Source of the DNA: a virus
Taxonomy: Duplodnaviria; Heunggongvirae; Uroviricota; Caudoviricetes
DNA: 28,241 nt
Strand: one strand, 5' to 3'
IMG/VR virus record: IMGVR_UViG_2541047953_000002
Position 1 is the stretch's first letter; the number at the start of each line of letters is the position of its first letter. Shown here piece after piece: positions 18,757 to 26,960 of this stretch. Under the pieces are notes generated by a model. The model was not told where the DNA came from and did no database searches. It saw nothing but the letters and a program-made list of their open reading frames with translations. The translations under genes were made by a program, and so were the position numbers.

Positions 18757-20070
18757 TCAATCTTTTTTATCGGGATCAGGCTTCTTTTTAGGTAACTTCG
18801 GGGGCTTAACTTGCTGATGACTTTGCGTTCGGCGCGTAAGCCAGGGATGGTCAGCTTTAGGTTTAACATAGTATTTTGAGCGTAAATCAATACGGGCATT
18901 ATCCACTCGTTCATGGACACTCTTTTCATCATCCAGTGGTATAGGCTCCGGGCCATCAACATACTTTTCCCAGCCCAGCGCTTTCCCGTCATACAGAACG
19001 TTAATTTCACCGTCAAAGTTCTCGCATACAGTAACAACCGAATGCCTAAGTCGATATCCCCGGCCCTCACTGCGTACCTGAAACGCACTGCTTTTGTACT
19101 GGAAAGTGAGATTTTTAGACAGAACGCGCTTCGCCTGTAGGCTGAAGATATAACCCAGTTCCTCTTCAGAATGGTGCACATCAAGATGAGCATTATCAGT
19201 AGTACGAGGCGACGTAGCGAACCGGTTGTTATAGGCTTCAATAAAGGTCGGCAACCATGCATTTGCTGTTTCAATATCACTGATATTCTGAAGCCGCATT
19301 TCTTTGACCAGCCTGTCCTGTAGTGTCTGATTGGCGCGCTCTACCCGCCCTTTTGCCTGCGGGCTGTTGGCATGGATTGGCTCGATGCCCAGTGTCTTTA
19401 TCGCACGAGTGAACTGGGTCAGCTCACCTTCCCGCTCTGGGTTATTTACCCTGAATATACTGTGTCTATCAGAGTAGAGAGCGAGCGGTACGCCATGATC
19501 ATTAAGGTAACCCCGGAGGGTTTCCATGTAAGCCCGGGTTGTTTCAGCAGGCACAAAACGCAACGCCATCAACGCACTGGTGGCATCATCAATGAAAACG
19601 ATCAGTGTACATCTGGGGCCTCGATTTTCAAACCAGTCATGAGGTGAGCCATCAATCTGGATCAGTTCACCGTAAGATGGTCGTCGCATGCGGCGTTGAT
19701 ATATACGGGCAATTTTACGACGGCGTTCACGCCATAACCCCTCTTCTATCATCCACTTTCTGAGAGTTTCAACGGATAAAGATAAACCGTGTATCTCGCG
19801 CAATTTTTCGCACGCAAACGTAGGTCCAAAATCAGCGTAACGGCCTTTGAGGAGTGAAATTACTGTTGCTCTGAATTCAGTAGAAAAGGAATTATTAGGA
19901 CGCTTTCCACGTCGGTGGGAAACCAGACCAGAAGGCCCTTCATTTCTATACCGTTGCACCAGACGTTTAACCTGCCGAATAGAAATGCCAATGCGTGCCG
20001 CAGCTTGTTCCTGAATAATCTGAAGTCGGTGGAGTTCCTTATGACTCATCGTAACAGTCTCTTTGATCAT
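18757..20070 (-). CDS. DDE-type transposase/integrase (rve-like catalytic core, 437 aa); family and element ends unresolved
   Basis: N-terminal HTH, candidate catalytic D-D-E (DGSPHDWF ... DRHSIF ... RVERAN) and a Lys/Pro-rich tail; a 7-bp hairpin overlaps the ribosome-binding site. Confidence 0.8.
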   Translation of the reverse strand: MIKETVTMSHKELHRLQIIQEQAAARIGISIRQVKRLVQRYRNEGPSGLVSHRRGKRPNNSFSTEFRATVISLLKGRYADFGPTFACEKLREIHGLSLSVETLRKWMIEEGLWRERRRKIARIYQRRMRRPSYGELIQIDGSPHDWFENRGPRCTLIVFIDDATSALMALRFVPAETTRAYMETLRGYLNDHGVPLALYSDRHSIFRVNNPEREGELTQFTRAIKTLGIEPIHANSPQAKGRVERANQTLQDRLVKEMRLQNISDIETANAWLPTFIEAYNNRFATSPRTTDNAHLDVHHSEEELGYIFSLQAKRVLSKNLTFQYKSSAFQVRSEGRGYRLRHSVVTVCENFDGEINVLYDGKALGWEKYVDGPEPIPLDDEKSVHERVDNARIDLRSKYYVKPKADHPWLTRRTQSHQQVKPPKLPKKKPDPDKKD

Positions 20071-20404
20071 GAAAAATCCCCCAGAGAATTGTCTGGGGAC
20101 ATTTTAGAATGGTTCAAAGGGGACATTACAGCTTGGTGTTAACAATAGCCTGCTTCTCCGTGCCTTTCGGCACGTAAGAGGCTAACCTACATGTGTCTAG
20201 CATGAAATTGGCCTCAGATTAATGTTAAGCGTCTTGCAGGACGCGTAATGTTAACTGGGGCTTTTCTCTATCTGCCGTTGGTGTCCATGCCCGAGGCAGA
20301 TAGCCTCAAGCACCCGCAGTCATTCTACTTAACTAAGATTTCCCCGCAAACCGTTTTTGTCCAGCACAGTAAATATCCAACTAAACCAATGGAGTTCGCT
20401 GTAT

Positions 20405-20584
20405 TTACCGCCAGTATTCAATGCACATGACCGCCATGAACACCCCTAAAAAAAGGGCATTTATATATCCAAATATTAATATCAAAACATCAACTTTTTC
20501 CATATACCTTGCTGTGAAGATGATGGGCATACATGATGCGAACAACCAGAACGCAACAAACAAAAACTGCAATGCGTTTTTCAT
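20405..20584 (-). CDS. Hypothetical small membrane protein (59 aa, two predicted TM helices)
   Basis: ATG preceded by AGGAGG at 4 nt; sequence MKNALQFLFVAFWLFASCMPIIFTARYMEKVDVLILIFGYINALFLGVFMAVMCIEYWR; ORF track gives a GTG-extended 72-aa form. Confidence 0.45.
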   Translation of the reverse strand: MKNALQFLFVAFWLFASCMPIIFTARYMEKVDVLILIFGYINALFLGVFMAVMCIEYWR

Positions 20585-20637
20585 TATTCCTCCTACAATC
20601 AATGTGCAATTACATTTAAACACACCTCAATTTGGCC

Positions 20638-20646
20638 GGACATATA
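20638..20646. repeat. 9-bp target-site duplication GGACATATA (left copy) of IS1
   Basis: Identical 9-mer at 21415-21423. Confidence 0.85.
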
Positions 20647-20701
20647 GGTAATGGTGCCAACTTACTGATTTAGTGTATGATGGTGTTTTTGAGGTGCTCC
20701 C

Positions 20702-20977
20702 GTGGCTTCCATCTCCATCAGTTGTCCCTCCTGCTCAGCTACTGAAGGCGTGGTGCGTAACGGTAAAAGTACTGCCGGACATCAGCGCTATCTCTGCTCT
20801 CACTGCCGTAAAACATGGCAGCTACAGTTCACTTACACCGCCTCTCAGCCCGGTACACACCAGAAAATTATTGATATGGCCATGAATGGCGTCGGATGTC
20901 GCGCCAGTGCACGCATTATGGGCGTTGGCCTCAACACGATTTTACGACACTTAAAAAACTCAGGCCGCAGTCGGTAA
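20702..20977 (+). CDS. insA: IS1 InsA (91 aa)
   Basis: ORF track; matches IS1 InsA as recalled. Confidence 0.95.
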   Translation: MASISISCPSCSATEGVVRNGKSTAGHQRYLCSHCRKTWQLQFTYTASQPGTHQKIIDMAMNGVGCRASARIMGVGLNTILRHLKNSGRSR

Positions 20978-21399
20978 ACTCACGCATACAACCGGGCAGT
21001 GACGTCATTGTTTGCGCGGAAATGGACGAACAGTGGGGTTACGTCGGCGCTAAATCACGCCAGCGCTGGTTGTTTTACGCGTATGACAGGATACGGAGGA
21101 CGGTTGTGGCGCATGTATTCGGTGAACGCACGTTGGCCACGCTGGAGCGTCTTCTGAGCCTGCTGTCGGCCTTTGAGGTCGTGGTATGGATGACGGATGG
21201 CTGGCCGCTGTATGAATCACGCCTGAAGGGAGAACTGCACGTTATCAGCAAGCGATATACGCAGCGCATTGAGCGGCATAACCTGAATCTGAGGCAGCAT
21301 CTGGCAAGGCTGGGCAGGAAGTCACTGTCGTTCTCAAAATCGGTGGAGCTGCATGACAAAGTCATCGGGCATTATCTGAACATAAAACACTATCAGTAA
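20896..21399 (+). CDS. insB: IS1 InsB reading frame (expressed as InsAB' fusion by -1 frameshift)
   Basis: ORF track; matches IS1 InsB as recalled. Confidence 0.9.
   Translation: MSRQCTHYGRWPQHDFTTLKKLRPQSVNSRIQPGSDVIVCAEMDEQWGYVGAKSRQRWLFYAYDRIRRTVVAHVFGERTLATLERLLSLLSAFEVVVWMTDGWPLYESRLKGELHVISKRYTQRIERHNLNLRQHLARLGRKSLSFSKSVELHDKVIGHYLNIKHYQ
20953..20959 (+). promoter_or_regulatory. IS1 programmed -1 frameshift slippery motif AAAAAAC
   Basis: A6C run at the insA/insB overlap (established IS1 mechanism). Confidence 0.7.
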
Positions 21400-21414
21400 G
21401 TTGGAGTCATTACC

Positions 21415-21423
21415 GGACATATA
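21415..21423. repeat. 9-bp target-site duplication GGACATATA (right copy) of IS1
   Basis: Matches 20638-20646. Confidence 0.85.
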
Positions 21424-21615
21424 AATATCTAAACCAGAAAAAATCACTTACATAGCGTTACAAACTCTTTAGTCTAAAGGTTCATCGTAAAACATTCCCC
21501 ATACTTATCAGTCCGTTCCGCGCCAGGTAGCTCATTGCCTTATCTGGCAACCTGTAATCAGGTTTCCGCTTTTTCAGTTGGCTGGTCGTTTAACCGACAT
21601 AGTTAATCCATTAAT

Positions 21616-21903
21616 CTAGTTGCCGGATGTTGGTGGATTTTCGCGTTTTAGTTGTTCATAAAAGTGCACAGCTTTAACCAGTTCTTCTGATGTAACTGGG
21701 ACTGGTGAGGCAGTGAATAAGGCCTGAATTTGATAGTTCGGCCTGTCGTTACAATCCTCTTTTTTCGGTACATATTTCCAGTCACCAGACCACTACTTCC
21801 CCTGAAAGTCCGTAACGCCTTTTTTCACGTAGCGATATCGCCATGCCACTGGTTTTGCTTGCCCCGCCGTTTCATGCCCTTCCTGATAATTAATCTCGCT
21901 CAT
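21616..21903 (-). pseudogene. Candidate decayed gene: 95-codon frame interrupted by a single in-frame amber codon at 21793-21795
   Basis: Manual translation MSEINYQEGHETAGQAKPVAWRYRYVKKGVTDFQGK*WSGDWKYVPKKEDCNDRPNYQIQALFTASPVPVTSEELVKAVHFYEQLKRENPPTSGN. Confidence 0.25.
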
Positions 21904-22513
21904 TCATCGCCCCACTCATCACAATATGCTTCGACCGGAGTTTTTCCCGCTTCATAGTCATCACGCTAGGATTCGACATCAGCAGCACTTCCACCGCGTA
22001 ACTCACCATAGTCCATTAATAGTTCATCCCGCTCTTCAAAACTGATGTTATATTTAGCTGAACAAAAATCAGCCACTTTGTTCTTCCTCATCGTCTTTTA
22101 TTTCGTGGTATGAGTAATTGCAGTAGTTAAAGAAAATTTCTTATGCTCCGTCATGAATTTCCTCAGGTGTTGCGTCATCGTCCACTTCGAATACATCCTC
22201 AAAATCTCCACCAGCTATTCCCGTTTCAATAATAATTTTGAACTTTCGCATTTCACTACCGCCCTTTCGGGCGGCCTCCTGATGTTCTGAGGGTGCAGAA
22301 ATCCATCCGGTTAAGGATTAAATTTTATTTACAGAACTGAATTTAATTATTCAGATATACGTATCTGTAGCCTTACGAATCTACTCACTGGATGCCTCTT
22401 TCATAAAAATAATCCAGTGGGTTTTATCGTTTTTTCCCTGTTCGTTGACAGATAACAGGTTTTCTGTCTGTCAGTGCCAGAATCTGGCTTACCGGTATTT
22501 GCGTTTCATTCCA

Positions 22514-22870
22514 TTAAAAAATCAGAACGCCGTGCGGCCTCAACACCCGAAAGGCTTCTTTAAATCTCTGTCGCGAATCATCACGCCAGGCATCTTTATT
22601 CAGCCGTCCATATTTCTTTCCCATCCAGGCGTTATCACCAACACTCTCAAGATGCGGAGGGTCTAATACAACCATCGAAAAAGATGCGTCTGCAAATGAT
22701 AATGCACGAAAATCTGCGATAATGTCAGGGCTGATAATCAAGCGTCTCCCATTGCGTAATGTGTATCCTTCTTTTCTGATATCGCTGAATATCGCCCGTT
22801 CGTCAGACTTATCGAACCAGAACATGCGGCTGCCACAGCACATATCAAGAATGGTTGCCGGTGCACTCAC
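22514..22870 (-). CDS. SAM-dependent methyltransferase-like protein (118 aa; motif I-like LDMCCGS and motif IV DPPH), probably C-terminally truncated
   Basis: ORF track; GTG start overlapping the upstream stop (GTGA); too short for a complete DNA methyltransferase. Confidence 0.45.
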   Translation of the reverse strand: MSAPATILDMCCGSRMFWFDKSDERAIFSDIRKEGYTLRNGRRLIISPDIIADFRALSFADASFSMVVLDPPHLESVGDNAWMGKKYGRLNKDAWRDDSRQRFKEAFRVLRPHGVLIF

Positions 22871-23289
22871 TGCGCCACGTCCTGAAAATTACCCTGATAG
22901 AAAGCCAGTATGCGCTGCATAACTTCGCTCTTCCGGCACTCGCGACAGATTATGTTTAGGCGACTGTCGTAGCGACGTATTTCTCCGTCAGGTGATGACC
23001 AGATAAGGTCCGGATCAACCACAGCAGGTTTCTTCACCTTTGCCCTCGAGAGTTTTTTGCGGGCGTTTTGCCAGTCCTTACGCGCCTGTTCAGAGGGGAA
23101 TAACCCGTAGCCGGAGTTGTATACATCGCCACTGGCTACCAGCTCTTTGGCAAGAACGCTCATCAGATATCTAGTCGCACCTGTTTTAGCTTCCAGTTGC
23201 CGTAACGTCTCACGGCCGCTCTGGCGCACGAGTTCCACCACCTGCCATTTAATTTTTTCCCGCTCTTCTTGTGTAAAAACTTTTGCCAC
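22867..23289 (-). CDS. Hypothetical prophage protein (140 aa; winged-helix-like N-terminus and CxxC motif)
   Basis: ORF track; translationally coupled to the methyltransferase-like gene. Confidence 0.5.
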   Translation of the reverse strand: MAKVFTQEEREKIKWQVVELVRQSGRETLRQLEAKTGATRYLMSVLAKELVASGDVYNSGYGLFPSEQARKDWQNARKKLSRAKVKKPAVVDPDLIWSSPDGEIRRYDSRLNIICRECRKSEVMQRILAFYQGNFQDVAQ

Positions 23290-23329
23290 AAGTCCCCCTT
23301 AAAATTACCTCATGACCTGAAATCAACAC

Positions 23330-23554
23330 TTATCCTCTGAAACCAGGCGGAATTTCTGTATCCGGTTCAGAAATATGATTAACACAACGCTGTACAGGTG
23401 AACGTCCCAGGCGGATGACCAGTTCGTCCCATTTTTCGCGGAGCTTTGACGGGCTCATGATGTTTTTTACCCAGAATGGATCTCGCTGAACCCGACCAAA
23501 CATTTCGCAAATTTGTCTGTGGCTTCTGCCATCCAGCATCCGCATTGTGCGCAC
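23330..23554 (-). CDS. Hypothetical protein (74 aa); weak ribosome-binding site
   Basis: ORF track only; frame is closed 6 codons upstream of the ATG. Confidence 0.3.
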   Translation of the reverse strand: MRTMRMLDGRSHRQICEMFGRVQRDPFWVKNIMSPSKLREKWDELVIRLGRSPVQRCVNHISEPDTEIPPGFRG

Positions 23555-23661
23555 GTCATTGGCCCAGGCAGTCCAGTTATCCGGCGTTAATTGTTAACTG
23601 GTTAACGTCACCTGGAGGCACCAGGCACTGCATCACAAAATTCATTGTTGAGGACGCGATA

Positions 23662-23850
23662 ATGAAAACGTTATTACCAAACGTTAATACGTCTGAAGGT
23701 TGTTTTGAAATTGGTGTCACTATCAGTAACCCAGTATTTACTGAAGATGCCATTAACAAGAGAAAACAAGAACGGGAGCTATTAAATAAAATATGCATTG
23801 TTTCAATGCTGGCTCGTTTACGTCTGATGCCAAAAGGATGTGCACAATGA
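23662..23850 (+). CDS. dicB: Cell-division inhibitor DicB (62 aa)
   Basis: ATG with GAGGA at ~8 nt; sequence and length match DicB as recalled. Confidence 0.8.
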   Translation: MKTLLPNVNTSEGCFEIGVTISNPVFTEDAINKRKQERELLNKICIVSMLARLRLMPKGCAQ

Positions 23851-24038
23851 ATTCAGCATTTGTGCTTGTTCTGACAGTTTTTCTTGTTTCCGGAGAGCCA
23901 GTTGATATTGCAGTCAGTGTTCACAGGACAATGCAGGAGTGTATGACTGCAGCAACCGAACAGAAAATTCCCGGTAACTGTTACCCGGTCGATAAAGTTA
24001 TTCACCAGGATAATATCGAAATCCCGGCAGGTCTTTAA
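23847..24038 (+). CDS. ydfD: Small signal-peptide/membrane protein YdfD (63 aa)
   Basis: ATGA overlap with the dicB stop; AAGGA Shine-Dalgarno; hydrophobic N-terminus. Confidence 0.8.
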   Translation: MNSAFVLVLTVFLVSGEPVDIAVSVHRTMQECMTAATEQKIPGNCYPVDKVIHQDNIEIPAGL

Positions 24039-24130
24039 AACAGTTCCGTAATAAATATCCGGTTTCATTCTTATATGCCAGCAATGGCAGGGATTTGTTC
24101 ATCCTTAAATCTGTCATGAGGTTAAAACAA

Positions 24131-26602
24131 ATGAGTAAAGTCTTTATTTGCGCCGCTATTCCTGACGAACTGGCAACAAGGGAAGAAGGCGCTGTGGCTG
24201 TAGCCACAGCCATTGAAGCTGGCGACGAAGGCCGTGCTCGAGCAAAATTTCACTGGCAATTCCTGGAACATTATCCGGCTGCTCAGGACTGCGCTTATAA
24301 ATTTATTGTCTGCGAGGATAAACCTGGCATACCCCGCCCTGCCCTCGATTCATGGGATGCTGAATATATGCAGGAAAACCGCTGGGATGAGGAGTCTGCT
24401 TCTTTTGTCCCGGTTGAGACTGAATCCGATCCGATGAACGTCACTTTTGACAAGCTGGCCCCTGAAGTACAGAACGCTGTCATGGTTAAGTTCGACACAT
24501 GTGAAAACATCACCGTTGATATGGTTATTAGCGCACAGGAATTGTTGCAGGAAGACATGGCAACATTCGACGGACATATCGTTGAAGCGTTGATGAAAAT
24601 GCCAGAAGTTAACGCCATGTATCCGGAGCTTAAGTTGCACGCCATTGGGTGGGTTAAGCATAAATGTATTCCTGGTGCTAAATGGCCCGAAATTCAGGCA
24701 GAGATGCGCATCTGGAAAAAACGTCGCGAAGGTGAACGCAAGGAAACCGGAAAATACACGTCTGTTGTTGATCTCGCCCGCGCCAGAGCCAATCAACAGT
24801 ACACTGAAAATTCAACAGGAAAAATCAGCCCGGTCATTGCTGCCATTCATCGCGAATACAAGCAGACATGGAAAACACTGGATGACGAACTGGCCTACGC
24901 TCTCTGGCCTAGTGATGTGGATGCCGGAAACATTGACGGCAGCATCCATCGCTGGGCAAAAAAAGAAGTTATCGACAACGACCGCGAAGACTGGAAGCGT
25001 ATCTCGGCATCAATGCGCAAACAGCCTGATGCCCTTCGCTACGACCGCCAAACTATTTTTGGCCTTGTCCGTGAGCGTCCGATCGACATTCACAAAGATC
25101 CCGTAGCACTGAACAAATATATCTGCGAATACCTGACGACAAAGGGCGTGTTTGAGAATGAAGAAACAGACCTGGGCACTGTTGATGTTCTCCAGTCATC
25201 AGAAACACAAACTGATGCAGTGGAAACTGAGGTATCTGATATCCCAAAAAATGAAACCGCGCCGGAAGCTGAACCATCTGTAGAGCGTGAGGGGCCGTTC
25301 TATTTCCTCTTCGCAGATAAGGACGGAGAAAAATACGGTCGCGCAAACAAACTCTCTGGTCTGGATAAGGCACTGGCTGCTGGCGCCACTGAAATCACAA
25401 AAGAAGAATATTTTGCCCGAAAAAATGGCACATACACGGGCTTACCGCAAAATGTAGATACCGCTGAAGATTCAGAACAACCAGAGCCGATAAAAGTTAC
25501 CGCTGACGAAGTAAACAAAATTATGCAGGCAGCCAATATCAGCCAGCCTGACGCCGATAAGTTGCTTGCTGCATCACGTGGTGAATTTGTTGAAGGGATT
25601 AGTGACCCGAATGATCCGAAATGGGTTAAGGGGCTCCAGACCCGCGATTCTGTGAACCAGAACCAGCATGAATCGGAACGGAACTACCAAAAAGCGGAAC
25701 AAAACAGTCCAAATGCGTTACAAAACGAGCCAGAAACGAAACAGCCTGAACCAGTAGCGCAACAGGAAGTGGAAAAAGTCTGCACCGCCTGCGGTCAGAC
25801 CGGCGGCGGCAACTGCCCTGATTGTGGCGCGGTGATGGGCGACGCAACATACCAAGAAACATTCGATGAAGAGTATCAGGTTGAAGTTCAGGAAGATGAT
25901 CCGGAGGAAATGGAAGGCGCTGAACATCCACACAAGGAGAACACTGGCGGCAATCAGCATCACAATAGCGATAATGAAACTGGCGAGACGGCAGATCACC
26001 CAATTAAGGTGAACGGTCATCACGAAATCACATCCACCAGCAGGACGTGTGACCATCTAATGATCGACCTTGAAACCATGGGAAAAAATCCTGATGCCCC
26101 GATCATCTCAATAGGTGCAATATTTTTCGATCCGCAAACCGGAGATATGGGACCGGAATTTAGTAAGACTATCGATCTGGAAACTGCTGGCGGAGTCATT
26201 GATCGGGACACCATTAAATGGTGGCTTAAGCAATCACGCGAAGCGCAATCTGCCATTATGACCGATGAAATCCCGTTAGATGATGCACTGTTACAATTGC
26301 GAGAATTTATCGACGAAAACTCCGGTGAATTTTTTGTTCAGGTTTGGGGAAATGGAGCCAACTTCGACAACACGATTTTGCGCCGTTCATACGAACGGCA
26401 GGGGATCCCCTGCCCGTGGCGTTACTACAACGATCGCGATGTACGCACAATCGTTGAGCTGGGGAAAGCCATAGACTTCGATGCCAGAACGGCTATTCCA
26501 TTCGAAGGTGAGCGCCATAATGCACTTGATGACGCCCGTTACCAGGCAAAATACGTTTCAGTTATCTGGCAAAAACTGATCCCGAGTCAGGCTGATTCTT
26601 AA
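24131..26602 (+). CDS. Large multidomain protein (823 aa): N-terminal domain of unknown function, acidic low-complexity linker, C4 zinc ribbon, C-terminal DEDDh (DnaQ-like) 3'-5' exonuclease domain
   Basis: Exo motifs IDLETMG (I), GNGANFDNTIL (II), HNALDDARY (III); CTACGQTGGGNCPDCG zinc ribbon; GAGG Shine-Dalgarno; possibly the intact counterpart of K-12 ydfE (unverified). Confidence 0.85.
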   Translation: MSKVFICAAIPDELATREEGAVAVATAIEAGDEGRARAKFHWQFLEHYPAAQDCAYKFIVCEDKPGIPRPALDSWDAEYMQENRWDEESASFVPVETESDPMNVTFDKLAPEVQNAVMVKFDTCENITVDMVISAQELLQEDMATFDGHIVEALMKMPEVNAMYPELKLHAIGWVKHKCIPGAKWPEIQAEMRIWKKRREGERKETGKYTSVVDLARARANQQYTENSTGKISPVIAAIHREYKQTWKTLDDELAYALWPSDVDAGNIDGSIHRWAKKEVIDNDREDWKRISASMRKQPDALRYDRQTIFGLVRERPIDIHKDPVALNKYICEYLTTKGVFENEETDLGTVDVLQSSETQTDAVETEVSDIPKNETAPEAEPSVEREGPFYFLFADKDGEKYGRANKLSGLDKALAAGATEITKEEYFARKNGTYTGLPQNVDTAEDSEQPEPIKVTADEVNKIMQAANISQPDADKLLAASRGEFVEGISDPNDPKWVKGLQTRDSVNQNQHESERNYQKAEQNSPNALQNEPETKQPEPVAQQEVEKVCTACGQTGGGNCPDCGAVMGDATYQETFDEEYQVEVQEDDPEEMEGAEHPHKENTGGNQHHNSDNETGETADHPIKVNGHHEITSTSRTCDHLMIDLETMGKNPDAPIISIGAIFFDPQTGDMGPEFSKTIDLETAGGVIDRDTIKWWLKQSREAQSAIMTDEIPLDDALLQLREFIDENSGEFFVQVWGNGANFDNTILRRSYERQGIPCPWRYYNDRDVRTIVELGKAIDFDARTAIPFEGERHNALDDARYQAKYVSVIWQKLIPSQADS

Positions 26603-26674
26603 TGTTCAACTGTCGCCGGTTGTGACTGGTATTCTGCAACCGGCGCTCGTCTGATGTAAGAGATAAAGAAATCG

Positions 26675-26926
26675 ATGAGCGAAGTAATCATGATTGTCTC
26701 TCCCGGCAAATGGGTATCCGAAGAGCAGTTAATTGCGCTGAAAGGAATAAAAAAAGGTACGTTAAAAAAGGCCCGGGAAAAATCGTTTATGGAAGGAAGG
26801 GAATATAAGCATGTCGCTCATGACGGTATGCCATGGGATAACAGTCCATGCTTTTACAACCTGGAAGAAATTGATCGCTGGATTGAGCGCCAGGCATCAG
26901 CGAGACCAAGACGTCATCTTACTTGA
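26675..26926 (+). CDS. Excisionase-like protein (83 aa)
   Basis: ORF track; GREY motif resembling lambda Xis; sits immediately upstream of the integrase. Confidence 0.65.
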   Translation: MSEVIMIVSPGKWVSEEQLIALKGIKKGTLKKAREKSFMEGREYKHVAHDGMPWDNSPCFYNLEEIDRWIERQASARPRRHLT

Positions 26927-26960
26927 CTAAAAGCCACACTAACTAATGAGAGAAGTTGAA

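Larger units (their letters stand above)
20647..21414 (+). mobile_element. IS1 (768 bp, variant left inverted repeat GGTAATGGTGCCAACTTACTGAT)
   Basis: Both inverted repeats, insA and insB, with 9-bp target duplication. Confidence 0.95.

Noticed and set aside
18705-19280. 191-aa minus-strand ORF
   Set aside because: It is an alternative frame overlapping the 3' part of the DDE transposase gene on the same strand.
23300-23660. DicF small RNA expected upstream of dicB
   Set aside because: I find no sequence resembling DicF as recalled in the 400 bp upstream of dicB; its absence is reported as part of the dicB finding.
23476-23661. Upstream in-frame extension of dicB (124-aa ORF starting at 23476)
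   Set aside because: The internal ATG at 23662 has a good Shine-Dalgarno and gives the known 62-aa DicB length; the extension overlaps the divergent minus-strand gene.
24213-26474. Several ORFs of 64-153 aa on both strands within 24131..26602
   Set aside because: They are nested inside the large exonuclease gene, which has clear domain signatures.
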